Shown: positions 9,803 to 19,435 of the stretch, in pieces | How the letters are laid out: every line of letters starts with the position of its first letter | Position numbering within the stretch: the first letter of the stretch is position 1 | From: a virus | Direction: 5' to 3' (one strand) | DNA length: 64,000 bases | IMG/VR virus record: IMGVR_UViG_3300030107_002709 | Coordinates: 32,001-96,000 of that record | Program-made: the position numbers and the translations under genes | Notes under the pieces: generated by a model | Told to the model about the DNA's origin: nothing | Seen by the model: the letters and a program-made list of their open reading frames with translations, nothing else | Database searches by the model: none

Positions 9803-9954
9803 GTGATTAACTCCTTATACTTATGGTATAATTTGCCACATTTTGGTTCAGTGTCACGAGACTTCCACAATTGCTGTATGATCTCTCGCATGTCATCTAT
9901 AGGGACAACAACAGATAGAGGTTCTTTTTCCTCAGTGATAATAACTTCAGCCAT
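9790..9954 (-). CDS. small hypothetical protein (54 aa, MAEVIITEEKEP...)
   Basis: Hand translation; TAATG coupling to the upstream ORF. Confidence 0.65.
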   Translation of the reverse strand: MAEVIITEEKEPLSVVVPIDDMREIIQQLWKSRDTEPKCGKLYHKYKELITWEK

Positions 9955-10097
9955 TAGTTGAAAACTGCGTTAACAGACATAACTTTTGCATTAGGATTTC
10001 TAGCCAGTGCTACTTGCCTAGCTTCCTCATAATTTCTAGCGATCACAGTCTCACTAAAGACTGTTCCAGCGACATAGAGTTTGACTTCACACTTCAT
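9954..10097 (-). CDS. small hypothetical protein (47 aa, MKCEVKLYVAG...ALARNPNAKV)
   Basis: Hand translation; resembles a small protein I recognise from cyanomyoviruses; overlaps the dam stop. Confidence 0.75.
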   Translation of the reverse strand: MKCEVKLYVAGTVFSETVIARNYEEARQVALARNPNAKVMSVNAVFN

Positions 10098-10932
10098 AAT
10101 TTGTAAGGACTAGTTCCTTCCTTGATGCTTGATCTTTATTATAGCATCCTACAGACCTCATGGTGTAAGTATGTGCAAATTCTCCAACTGTCCACTCTTT
10201 GAAACGATCCTTAACAATCTGGTCAGAGTTGTAAGATATTAACATGTTGGAAGTATACTCATCACAATCCTTAGCGAACTTATCATGATCAAACTTCTTA
10301 TGCATACCACCCTTTCTACCATATAGATTATCTTTAATATCATATGGTGGATCCATGTATACAAAGTGACCCTTCTTATCCCAATCATTAACTAACAAGC
10401 TTTCATAAGAATGACTGGTTATTATCCAACTCTCAATGAGTTCTTGATACTCGCTAAGTCGCTTAATCCCTCTAAGGGAGAAGTTGGATTCACTGGCTTG
10501 TTCTGAGAACGAGGAAGACTCAGTAAGACCACTAAAGGAACACTTATTAACGATATAAAAAGCGATGGCACGAGCAATTTCCGATTCTTCTGGATCATTA
10601 ATAACCTCCTTCATTGATTGAAATAAACATCTAGCAGAATCTGGATTGCAATGAACTCCTTTCAAGTTCTCCAGTTCCTTCTGCATCTCTGAACCATTAT
10701 GTTGTAACTGACACCAGAAGTTATACAATGGTTCATATAAATCATTAACCCACACCTTAATGTGAGGATATCTCTTTGTTACTTCTAATGCTACAGAACC
10801 ACCACCTATAAATGGTTCACGATATTCACCATAGTTTTTAAGATCAGGAAAGAACTGGAACAGTTTAGATAGTGCTCTAGACTTACCACCTGGATATCTT
10901 AAAGGTGTCTTTAAAGATTTACTTGTAATCAT
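10087..10932 (-). CDS. dam: DNA adenine methyltransferase (Dam/D12 class)
   Basis: LRYPGGKS, EPFIGGGSV (motif I), DPPY (motif IV). Confidence 0.93.
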   Translation of the reverse strand: MITSKSLKTPLRYPGGKSRALSKLFQFFPDLKNYGEYREPFIGGGSVALEVTKRYPHIKVWVNDLYEPLYNFWCQLQHNGSEMQKELENLKGVHCNPDSARCLFQSMKEVINDPEESEIARAIAFYIVNKCSFSGLTESSSFSEQASESNFSLRGIKRLSEYQELIESWIITSHSYESLLVNDWDKKGHFVYMDPPYDIKDNLYGRKGGMHKKFDHDKFAKDCDEYTSNMLISYNSDQIVKDRFKEWTVGEFAHTYTMRSVGCYNKDQASRKELVLTNYEV

Positions 10933-11873
10933 TTCCACTCCACTCCTAACATAATCTCAGTTAAACATGCTAGAGTATTAATCTCTTGGTCAGCAACGAA
11001 CTGAATCTGATATTGATACTTTGCTATGATGATAACAATGTTTGGTATGGATCTACCAGTAGCATGTTCATACATTGTATCATAGATCCTTCTCATAATG
11101 TGATGGGGATCATGATCCATATGTTGAGTTACCCACTCCTTGACCAACTTATAATTACGATCCTTCATTGCTCTAATGAGATCATACACACCTATGTCTG
11201 CTATATCTGTTAGGATATCTGCCTCTATCTTACCCTTGGCTGCATGTCTCTGTGTCTCATTAAGTAACCTTCTCCAGTCAGGATAATATCTCTTAATCAG
11301 TTTAGCAGTAACCTTATCACTAGACTCAACAGACTCACTCTTAAGGATCTCTCTGAGTCTCTCAAAGAACTGAGAACTTAGTTCTGTCTTCTCAGCATTA
11401 TTAATCTTAAAATCAATAACAGTACATCTTGATTTGATAGGATCAATCAAACGATTAACGAAGTTACAAGTAAAGATAAACCTACAGTTCTTATGATACT
11501 CCTCTATTGCTGCTCTAAGGATCATCTGGACATCAGAAGTCATATTGTCTGCCTCATCCAGTATGACCACCTTGTGAGTCTTTGTAGAGGTCAATGAGAC
11601 TGTAGTAGCAAATTGCTTTACTCTAGTTCGGATAGTATCAATCGATCTACCCTCATCCGATCCGTTAATAATAATGTAAGAAGCACCTAACTGATCACAC
11701 AAAGCTCGAGCTACTGTGGTCTTGCCTATACCAGCACTACCAGACAATAAAAGGTTAGGGATCTCACCTTGATCTAGGAAACCAAGGAAAGATCTCTTTA
11801 AACCATCTGGTAGGATACAATCATTAATAGTCTTGGGTCGATATTTCTCAACCCAAAGGAATTCATTCTTCAT
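10929..11873 (-). CDS. g44: clamp loader ATPase gp44
   Basis: LWVEKYRP, GIGKTT, ILDEAD, SRC motif. Confidence 0.97.
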   Translation of the reverse strand: MKNEFLWVEKYRPKTINDCILPDGLKRSFLGFLDQGEIPNLLLSGSAGIGKTTVARALCDQLGASYIIINGSDEGRSIDTIRTRVKQFATTVSLTSTKTHKVVILDEADNMTSDVQMILRAAIEEYHKNCRFIFTCNFVNRLIDPIKSRCTVIDFKINNAEKTELSSQFFERLREILKSESVESSDKVTAKLIKRYYPDWRRLLNETQRHAAKGKIEADILTDIADIGVYDLIRAMKDRNYKLVKEWVTQHMDHDPHHIMRRIYDTMYEHATGRSIPNIVIIIAKYQYQIQFVADQEINTLACLTEIMLGVEWK

Positions 11874-12054
11874 CAGGTCTCATTTCAATAACACCACTTG
11901 ATCTCATCTCATGGTATCGATTACGAATCTGGTCTTTAAACCAGGCGGATCTATTACTAGCAAGATCATACTTAACAAGCTCATCCAATATCTTAAGAAG
12001 ATCTGCTTCCTGTTTAGTGAATGATATGTTTATTATTAATTTCTTTTCACTCAT
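11863..12054 (-). CDS. small protein, ribbon-helix-helix-like
   Basis: Strand IINISF, helix LLKILDELV, second helix NRSAWFKDQIR. Confidence 0.6.
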   Translation of the reverse strand: MSEKKLIINISFTKQEADLLKILDELVKYDLASNRSAWFKDQIRNRYHEMRSSGVIEMRPDEE

Positions 12055-12746
12055 TGTGGTTCTAAAGCAACGTAATACTTTAAGTTAACATCTTGAGATC
12101 CCTCCCAATCACTAACCACCCACTCAGATAAAAGATGTTCTGATACAGATACCCTATAAGATGCTTTAGGATATACACGTAAGTTATCAACCTTCATATT
12201 AAGATCATACTCACCTGTAGTAGTAGCATTAGGAAGATCAAATCTACATGAGTTACTAGTATCCATCTCCTTATCAGAGAAGTTAATGAAAGAAGAAGTA
12301 CCATCACTACAGAATGATAGATCCCTAAAACCAAACTTACCTGAGATATTCAATCCCTTATTAAGTAAGGACTTGTCCAGATCAAACCCCATGTTTGAAC
12401 CAGGAAATCTAACAGACTTATCAGGAGCTACCTTAAGGGTAATCTCTGGATCACTGTAATAATATTTGATTGCTATGTTATTACCACGAAGAACAACATA
12501 GTCCTCGTTACCAAACTCTAGTGTTGGATCATCTAAGATTCTTAAACCAGATAGAAACTGACTTAAGTCATAGATTGCAAAGTCTTGTGGGAAGTATTCC
12601 TCACACTCATACTCTGCTAGGATGTTCTCTGCATTAGAGATAGTCTTAATGATGTTCCCCTTCTTGAATACTATAGAGGAATTAATTGTTGCGAAGTTCT
12701 CAAGGACTGAGAACGTCAGTTCTGATAAATGTACTTTACTTGTCAT
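12051..12746 (-). CDS. g45: sliding clamp gp45
   Basis: L-NFATINSSI, FAIYDLSQFL, C-terminal YYVALE; upstream of g44. Confidence 0.94.
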   Translation of the reverse strand: MTSKVHLSELTFSVLENFATINSSIVFKKGNIIKTISNAENILAEYECEEYFPQDFAIYDLSQFLSGLRILDDPTLEFGNEDYVVLRGNNIAIKYYYSDPEITLKVAPDKSVRFPGSNMGFDLDKSLLNKGLNISGKFGFRDLSFCSDGTSSFINFSDKEMDTSNSCRFDLPNATTTGEYDLNMKVDNLRVYPKASYRVSVSEHLLSEWVVSDWEGSQDVNLKYYVALEPQ

Positions 12747-13053
12747 AATCTACGGTAAATGCAGTAGCTCCAGTTTGTGCCTTTTGGTATGCAGCAGTCT
12801 TATCATTGAAGTGAAGAAGTAACACAGCATAATGAATAATCTTGATGATGTCCTTTCTGCTTGTACCCTTCCTATCATACCGTGAAGCATATTTCAATAT
12901 GTTAGACCTACAGAATGCTTCTGCGTCACCTACTGAGTCAATCAGGTCAAGTGTTTGAACATTACCTGCTGAGTAGTGACCCCTGTATGTCTGACTGATA
13001 TAATCCGAGACCTCTTTCAGGATCTCACTTTCATTGTATTTCAACGGTTCCAT
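12736..13053 (-). CDS. conserved hypothetical protein (DUF3310-like)
   Basis: HYS...FC-SNILKYASRY-RKG...DI-KIIHYA pattern. Confidence 0.75.
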   Translation of the reverse strand: MEPLKYNESEILKEVSDYISQTYRGHYSAGNVQTLDLIDSVGDAEAFCRSNILKYASRYDRKGTSRKDIIKIIHYAVLLLHFNDKTAAYQKAQTGATAFTVDYDK

Positions 13054-13217
13054 ACGTATTGTATCTTATCATGATAACATTCAAATTCGATTCCGTCAAG
13101 ACTTTTTAGCTTAATTTTATGTAAAGGACTGGAAGGAGCTCCCACCCCTTCCAAAATCATTCCAGACCTACCATCAGTCAAGGTAGCCCAATGTCCTAGG
13201 TATCCGTTTTTACTCAT
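13041..13217 (-). CDS. small hypothetical protein (58 aa, MSKNGYLGHW...)
   Basis: Hand translation; ATGA overlap with the upstream stop. Confidence 0.65.
   Translation of the reverse strand: MSKNGYLGHWATLTDGRSGMILEGVGAPSSPLHKIKLKSLDGIEFECYHDKIQYVWNR
13071..13099 (-). promoter_or_regulatory. sigma70-type promoter for the g45-g44 operon
   Basis: TTGACG-17 bp-TATCAT with TG extension. Confidence 0.7.
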
Positions 13218-13648
13218 AGTAGTGCCTCCAAACCTTCGTTTACTAAACCTTTAGTTTTTATACTATCGTAAATCAATACAGCTGATTTCATCTTAGTAAC
13301 ATATTGTTTTCCTACTCTAACTCTCTTCTTTAATTGATCTACACTTGCTACAATAATACTATCATCAATAGTATTGTGGACAACAAGGTAATCAAACTCC
13401 TTACATGTATAATCTCCTGTACCTTTGTTTCTCTTTCTTCTGAGATCAAGTGTATTAGGATTATACCTCTTCAACATGGGTGAGAATCTTTTGACTTGTA
13501 TCTTTTTCTTATTCTTGTTAACCATGAAATCCCACCCATAATCTAAAGTTGGTTGAATCAATTGGTATGATTCATCTTCAATGAATTCATACCATTTCTT
13601 CTGGAAGTGACACTCACTTGCGATTCCCCTTAATCTATGCGGTCTCAT
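13214..13648 (-). CDS. putative PD-(D/E)XK endonuclease, free-standing homing-endonuclease-like
   Basis: G-ASE helix, WDF, IQVK and FDYLVV pattern; basic protein. Confidence 0.65.
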   Translation of the reverse strand: MRPHRLRGIASECHFQKKWYEFIEDESYQLIQPTLDYGWDFMVNKNKKKIQVKRFSPMLKRYNPNTLDLRRKRNKGTGDYTCKEFDYLVVHNTIDDSIIVASVDQLKKRVRVGKQYVTKMKSAVLIYDSIKTKGLVNEGLEALL

Positions 13649-14732
13649 CGTTTGACTCCTCCTCTAGATCTACTTTAGCATCAATCTTATCATATAGATC
13701 AACAAAGGACTGCTTAGTCTCTTCATCAAATCTATTTACACATACTTGGATCGCTTTAACACGATTGTTCCAGATTGCAAAGGCACGAATGATGTGTACC
13801 AATCTACGTGTTGAGATAACCTCATCGATACCACCATCACGGAATGTTCTACGGATGATATCAGACCAGTTAGCAAGATTCTCGCAGAACTCTTCATCAA
13901 GTACACCTAAGTTAGCAGATACTTTCTCAAGGATCTTTTGCTCAGTCTTAGGAGTAGGATACTCTTGCTCAAAGGTTAAGGCGAATCGCTCAAGGAAGGC
14001 TTCGTTGAGCACGTTAGTTCCAATAAAACGTCCATCATCTGAACCCTTACCTTTTGTGTTTGCTGTTGCGATGATGTTGAATCCTGATTTTGGTCGAACG
14101 AACCTCCCAACCTTTTTAAGGAAAACACCTTTTCCTTCAAGGATTGATTGAAGGCAGAGGATCTTGTTTGAGGCAAGGTCGATTTCGTCAAGGAGCAAGA
14201 CAGCTCCTCTGTTGAGAGCTTGAATAACTGGACCATCGTGCCAGACGGTTGCACCGTCAACAAGACGGAACCCACCAATGAGATCATCTTCATCTGTTTC
14301 TATTGTAATATTTACTCTAACCAATTCTCTTCCTAACTGAGCACATGCTTGCTCTACACTAAGTGTCTTACCATTACCAGATAGTCCAGTAATGAATGTA
14401 GGATAGAACATCTTGGAACTGATGATTTTCTTTACATCAGAGAAGTTACCAAAAGGTACATAGTTTGGATCTTTCTGTGGAACTAGATTCTGCTCTATTG
14501 CTGGTGTTGCTGGTAGTCCCTCATAGACTCTCTCCAACTTCTCAGCAACAGTAAGGTTCCACTTACCTAGACCTGTTTTAAAATCTTTTAAACGCTTACT
14601 AACAGTTTGATAACCTAGATCAAAGTGAGCAGAAGCTTGACGTAACTGAGATGCATTGATCTCTGTTCCGAATTTTTCTTGTAAGTAACCCTTAATATCT
14701 TCTGTGGTTACTGGTGATGGAGCGAAAGGCAT
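13635..14732 (-). CDS. cobS: CobS-like/MoxR-type AAA+ ATPase
   Basis: GLSGNGKT, LLLDEID, TANTKG, AFLERF, STRRL. Confidence 0.9.
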   Translation of the reverse strand: MPFAPSPVTTEDIKGYLQEKFGTEINASQLRQASAHFDLGYQTVSKRLKDFKTGLGKWNLTVAEKLERVYEGLPATPAIEQNLVPQKDPNYVPFGNFSDVKKIISSKMFYPTFITGLSGNGKTLSVEQACAQLGRELVRVNITIETDEDDLIGGFRLVDGATVWHDGPVIQALNRGAVLLLDEIDLASNKILCLQSILEGKGVFLKKVGRFVRPKSGFNIIATANTKGKGSDDGRFIGTNVLNEAFLERFALTFEQEYPTPKTEQKILEKVSANLGVLDEEFCENLANWSDIIRRTFRDGGIDEVISTRRLVHIIRAFAIWNNRVKAIQVCVNRFDEETKQSFVDLYDKIDAKVDLEEESNDETA

Positions 14733-14755
14733 TGGATTTTGTTCTGTATGTTATA

Positions 14756-14811
14756 AGTATAATGGATTGTTTGGATTTGTGGGGGAAGGGAGGACAGTTT
14801 GTTAACTGACC
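14756..14811 (-). promoter_or_regulatory. palindrome-plus-(-10) promoter motif upstream of cobS
   Basis: GGTCAGTT-n4-AACTGTCC, 30 nt, TATACT; no canonical -35. Confidence 0.65.
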
Positions 14812-17027
14812 ATCCCTATGAATGAACTTAGGATCTTCTTGTTGTTTGACTTACTTCCTAGCATCTTCTTGAATGCTCTGGAAATATCACCCTTCTTAGC
14901 ACCTTCCTTAACTTCAAACTCAACCTCATTTTCTAAAGCTTTATCCTGAAGGGCATAGAGTTCAGTGAATCCCATAGGATTAGGGATAACAACTGCCTTA
15001 TCCTTTCTCCATTGCTTTTGTATATCATAGTAGTTTGAAGTACTGTAACGATGTACAAAGTTTTGTAAGTGTCCACCAGGAAGGATTCTAAACCCTACTA
15101 TGTTAACACCAGGATTACGATCTTTAACTTGAGTTATCAAAGTCGTTGTTACTTCTGTATAAGAGTCACGGAATTGAGGATAGACTCTACCAGTCTTACG
15201 ATCACGTAAAGCATTTGCCTCACCCATTCTTGAGCAAGATATTCTCTCTTCATCTCCATCGTAACTATAAGTTTTTCTACCATAAGTTATCATGCTACTC
15301 TCACCATCAGTAAGAATGCATACATTAACTTTCTCTAGATCATTCTCTTGCTTGAATGTTGGTATGATGCTATTGAGTGAAACAATTGCTTCATTCAATG
15401 GAGTACCTGATAATTCTAATCCTACTGTTGGTGAATAGAAACTATTTCTATGACCTTGATAAAGCCAAGCTTCTCTCCAAACATTGATGCACTGTCTCTC
15501 ATAGTTACGTGCATTACTACGAGATGAGATAAGGTTAACCATGTTGAAGTTATTACTATCAACATAGATTTCTCCTATTACAGGTTGAGATTCCTCATTG
15601 TCTCTTTCCCATCTGTAATTACCAGGTTGAGTATTAGGGTTGTTTTTAATTCTATTAACTATTCTCCACTCATTTGTGAAAGCATATACTTCAAATGGTA
15701 TCTGAACTTTCTTGCAGAAGGCAGTAAGATTTAATAGCTGCTTAACAGTTGAATAGATTGTAGGAGCCATAGATCCAGACCAATCTAAAACAAATAAGAG
15801 ACCATGATTCTTACCATCAGGTAAGATTGTTATCTTCTTGAAAAGGTCTTCGTTATATTTGTAAGTGTGTAACCTTGCTGTGTCCAGTACTCCAGTCCTA
15901 GAAGTAGCAGCACGAGCATAAGCACTGGCAGACTTTCTGCACTCAAATTCTTTAACAAGATAGTTTACCTCCTTTTGTGATTGCTTGCGGAACTTACGAT
16001 ACTCTGCATCAGGTGAACTGTAAACAAAAGATTCTACATTACCTTTATGTTCTGGTACATTCTTAGATACAAAATCCTTAAGGTGTTCAGCACTTTCTAC
16101 GAAGTCTTTTCTACCAGAATCTATCCAGTCATGTACTTCAGTCCAGTCAACAACAATATTATCTATGTTAAGGTTTTTAGGTAACTCAACATAAGATATT
16201 GTACGACTGTTATAATTGTTTGCATTTAATTTTTTGGTTTGCTCATCAAATGCTTTCTGTGTACGTGATTGCTCTGAGTTGTGATCACCACCTCTAGTAG
16301 ATCCTTCTGTAATATCATCATCACCTTCACCTTCCTCTTCATCATCACCACTTCCATCAGAAGAAGTTTGATCAGTCTCTTCAGTTTCAGGTGTTGGTTC
16401 TGACTGCTGATTCTCTAACTCACCAGTTCCTTCTTTAGATGAATTGTTAGGTAGAGATTCTTTTGCAGCATTCTCTTCCATCTGCTTCTGATAAGCATAT
16501 ACTTCCTTTGCAAGCTCAATAACTTCTTCAAATGTTTCTGTAGATTCTGCTTTAAGAACAAAGACCATCTCTTCTGCTGTGAATGGAATCATAGCAGTAG
16601 CACCAACCTTAGCATTAAGGTTGATACGGTCAATCAAAAGGAAAGTTTTTAAATTCTCACCACCAATCTCAAAGAAATCTCTATCATCAAGCTCTGCATA
16701 ACCTCTAGCAAAAGTCTTAGTGAGACCAGGATACTTACGCTTCATCAATTTCTCGATGCGTACATCCTCAATCACATTGATGTAATCTTTAGGGCAGTCT
16801 GCATCTTGTGTCCAATCATAGTTGGGTGTATATAATGCATGTCCTACCTCGTGACCTACTAGAAGATCATACACAGTGTTTGTAGCGAAGTCCCACTGTG
16901 GTAGTTCAAGTACTCTCCTCTGTACATCAAATGATGCTGTTGTACAAGTGCTGTTATGCTCTACTATAAGGTTCTCAGTAGCAAGCAATCTTGCAAGGTT
17001 TCCTTTGATTTCGTGCTGTAGAGTCAT
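14802..17027 (-). CDS. metallopeptidase-motif plus VWA-domain protein (partner of the AAA+ ATPase)
   Basis: HEVGH and NVIED-RIE at the N-terminus, acidic linker, MIDAS residues LDWSGSM / GTPL / LTDGE. Confidence 0.87.
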   Translation of the reverse strand: MTLQHEIKGNLARLLATENLIVEHNSTCTTASFDVQRRVLELPQWDFATNTVYDLLVGHEVGHALYTPNYDWTQDADCPKDYINVIEDVRIEKLMKRKYPGLTKTFARGYAELDDRDFFEIGGENLKTFLLIDRINLNAKVGATAMIPFTAEEMVFVLKAESTETFEEVIELAKEVYAYQKQMEENAAKESLPNNSSKEGTGELENQQSEPTPETEETDQTSSDGSGDDEEEGEGDDDITEGSTRGGDHNSEQSRTQKAFDEQTKKLNANNYNSRTISYVELPKNLNIDNIVVDWTEVHDWIDSGRKDFVESAEHLKDFVSKNVPEHKGNVESFVYSSPDAEYRKFRKQSQKEVNYLVKEFECRKSASAYARAATSRTGVLDTARLHTYKYNEDLFKKITILPDGKNHGLLFVLDWSGSMAPTIYSTVKQLLNLTAFCKKVQIPFEVYAFTNEWRIVNRIKNNPNTQPGNYRWERDNEESQPVIGEIYVDSNNFNMVNLISSRSNARNYERQCINVWREAWLYQGHRNSFYSPTVGLELSGTPLNEAIVSLNSIIPTFKQENDLEKVNVCILTDGESSMITYGRKTYSYDGDEERISCSRMGEANALRDRKTGRVYPQFRDSYTEVTTTLITQVKDRNPGVNIVGFRILPGGHLQNFVHRYSTSNYYDIQKQWRKDKAVVIPNPMGFTELYALQDKALENEVEFEVKEGAKKGDISRAFKKMLGSKSNNKKILSSFIGMVS

Positions 17028-17049
17028 GCTGTTCGTGTCTTATGTACCT

Positions 17050-17105
17050 ATAATACATCATATTAGGGACACTTCAACCAACAGTGTCCACTTTCTAGAC
17101 CGTCA
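17050..17105 (-). promoter_or_regulatory. second copy of the palindrome-plus-(-10) motif
   Basis: TGACGGTC-n4-AAGTGGAC, 30 nt, TATTAT; same geometry as 14756-14811. Confidence 0.55.
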
Positions 17106-17730
17106 CATTACCAGCAATAGTGATCCTGTTCTCATCAGAACTATGGTATGGGTTAACCCCATGATGGATCCTAGAAGGGAATAGTATGATAGCACCTTCT
17201 GCTCCCTTGTCAACAGCCACGTTCTGTACGTACACACCACCATAATGAGTAGGATGTATAAAGTATGGGCATCCTGGAAAAGATTCTTTAGAAGTATTCC
17301 TATGGAAAGGAAGACTTCTTTCTTCTTCTAAAGTAAATGGTATCTTATGAAAGATAATATAACTATAGATCCCATAGTGATTGTGTGGTGGATTATATAG
17401 GTTCTTTGAAGTAATGTTAACCCAAGGGTCATCCATCTTTAGATTCTCAAAACCTATATGTGGATGCATGACCTTAGCCATCTCTGTCTCATACTCATCA
17501 GTATAATCCTTATACTGAACCCTATAAGCATTAGCAAGACCTACAACATATGGTCTCAGTAAACTAGAAGCTTCTGGTATATTAAAACAATCATCCTGTA
17601 CACCAGCAGTAGCAGCTTGGTTGCTCCTATCAGAATTGATAATAATATCATCTAATTCTTTTCTGTGTTCAGGAGTCAAATGTGTCTGCACATAACCAGA
17701 ACAAAAAAATGGTTGAAAATTAATATTCAT
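17095..17730 (-). CDS. putative 2OG-Fe(II) oxygenase
   Basis: PPHNH, LFPS-IHHGV-P, RITIAGN. Confidence 0.8.
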   Translation of the reverse strand: MNINFQPFFCSGYVQTHLTPEHRKELDDIIINSDRSNQAATAGVQDDCFNIPEASSLLRPYVVGLANAYRVQYKDYTDEYETEMAKVMHPHIGFENLKMDDPWVNITSKNLYNPPHNHYGIYSYIIFHKIPFTLEEERSLPFHRNTSKESFPGCPYFIHPTHYGGVYVQNVAVDKGAEGAIILFPSRIHHGVNPYHSSDENRITIAGNVTV

Positions 17731-19435
17731 TGATCATGCTATAGTTCTTAGGTTTCTCTACAGTAAGAGTTCTTTCAAACTTATCAGTCATAGATTCCTT
17801 ATGAGATATCACAAATACATTTGTGCTATCATCGAAATTACGTAAGATCCAACCAAGGTCAGAAGAACCAGATTGATCAAGCGAGCCGTCAAAGATTTCA
17901 TCGAGTATAAGAAGATTAGTGTCTACGCTATTCTTAAGCTTAGCAACGCTACGCCAAGTAAGCAACAGTGCTATATCAATACGTGCCTTTTCTCCTTCAC
18001 TGAATGACTCGTATGAAAACACATCTCTATATCTAGACTTAATAGTCTCATCAAAGTTCTCATCTAAAGTAAAGTTAACATAAAAATCCATACCTTGAAG
18101 ATACTGATTGATCAGTTTATTCATTGTAGGAAGGTATGTCTTAATGATTCTAGTCTTAATACCACTGTCCTTTAATAACTGACCAGCAACATGTAATGTA
18201 TCTTTATCCTTCTTAGTAGAAGCGATAGACTGTTTAGTAGTATTACCAGTTTCTATAAGACTCTTAAGTTTCTCAAACTCTGCTTTTTTATTTGCAGAGT
18301 CCTTAGTAAGATCATCTATCTCATTCTCAATATCTTTAATAGTATTTCTTACGGTATTAATTTGAAAATTGAATTGACTAATCTTTGAATTGATATCAAT
18401 AACCTTACCACTGAGTTCAGTAAATTTGGTTTCTCTATTCTCCTCATCTATGATAGCAACTTCTAATTCTTTAAACCCACCCTCAAGCTCACCTATCTCA
18501 GTGTTACCTTCTTCTATCTTTACTGCTCTAAATTCTTCAGATAGATCCTGTGTGCAAGTAGGGCATACATGATTGTCTTGAAAGAACTTATGCTCCTTAT
18601 GACAATTCTTAATCTTCTGTGATACCTTTGTTCTAAATGAATAAAGTTTCTTTAACTTCTTAGATACATCTGCTAGTTCCTGTAGTTCTAATTGTAATCT
18701 AGCAGCTTCTATATTCTGAACCTCTATTGCATCCAAAGAAACTTTCTCATCTGCATTAAGTTCTACTATCTTTTCTTTCTTTCTATCAATCTCACTCTGT
18801 GTCTTCTTCTCTATCTCATACATATAATTCTTTTGAAGTTCAATCCTCTGTCTCTGTATTTCAAATTGACCTTCTAAGCTCAACAGTTCTTCTTTATTCT
18901 CTCTAACCTTAACACGTAAAACATCATTCATAACAGAGAAGATTTGGATGTCTAAGATATCCTCAATAATCTCTCTACGTTGTGCACCAGGTAATCGCAT
19001 GAAAGGAACAAACGTAGATGATCCAAGTATCACAACCTGTGTGAATGACTTGTACGACATTCGTAATATATTCTGTTCTAGATTCTTCTGTTGTATTGCT
19101 ACTGTATGATCCTGATCTAAAGGTTGACCATTCATATAGATGATAAACTTGTTAGGTTTAATACCACGTACAACTGTATACTTATTGTTACCAATGTGAA
19201 ACTCTACCTCGGCAATACAATCCTTCTCATTGATACTATTAACCAATGCAGACTTACTAATCTTACGGAATCCTCTCCCAAACAAAGCAAAGGTCAACGC
19301 ATCTAAGATGGTTGACTTACCTGCACCGTTATGTCCAACGATAAGATTAGTTTTAGCTCTAGTTAAATCAATTTCAGAATAGGTATTCCCAGTACTAAGG
19401 AAATTCTTCCATCGAACCTTTTCAAATATAATCAT
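17720..19435 (-). CDS. g46: recombination nuclease ATPase subunit gp46 (Rad50/SbcC-like)
   Basis: GHNGAGKS, CPTC zinc hook, FSEGEK, LILDE, SH. Confidence 0.97.
   Translation of the reverse strand: MIIFEKVRWKNFLSTGNTYSEIDLTRAKTNLIVGHNGAGKSTILDALTFALFGRGFRKISKSALVNSINEKDCIAEVEFHIGNNKYTVVRGIKPNKFIIYMNGQPLDQDHTVAIQQKNLEQNILRMSYKSFTQVVILGSSTFVPFMRLPGAQRREIIEDILDIQIFSVMNDVLRVKVRENKEELLSLEGQFEIQRQRIELQKNYMYEIEKKTQSEIDRKKEKIVELNADEKVSLDAIEVQNIEAARLQLELQELADVSKKLKKLYSFRTKVSQKIKNCHKEHKFFQDNHVCPTCTQDLSEEFRAVKIEEGNTEIGELEGGFKELEVAIIDEENRETKFTELSGKVIDINSKISQFNFQINTVRNTIKDIENEIDDLTKDSANKKAEFEKLKSLIETGNTTKQSIASTKKDKDTLHVAGQLLKDSGIKTRIIKTYLPTMNKLINQYLQGMDFYVNFTLDENFDETIKSRYRDVFSYESFSEGEKARIDIALLLTWRSVAKLKNSVDTNLLILDEIFDGSLDQSGSSDLGWILRNFDDSTNVFVISHKESMTDKFERTLTVEKPKNYSMINEY

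Noticed and set aside
13618-14151. 177-aa plus-strand ORF
   Set aside because: Antisense shadow of the AAA+ gene
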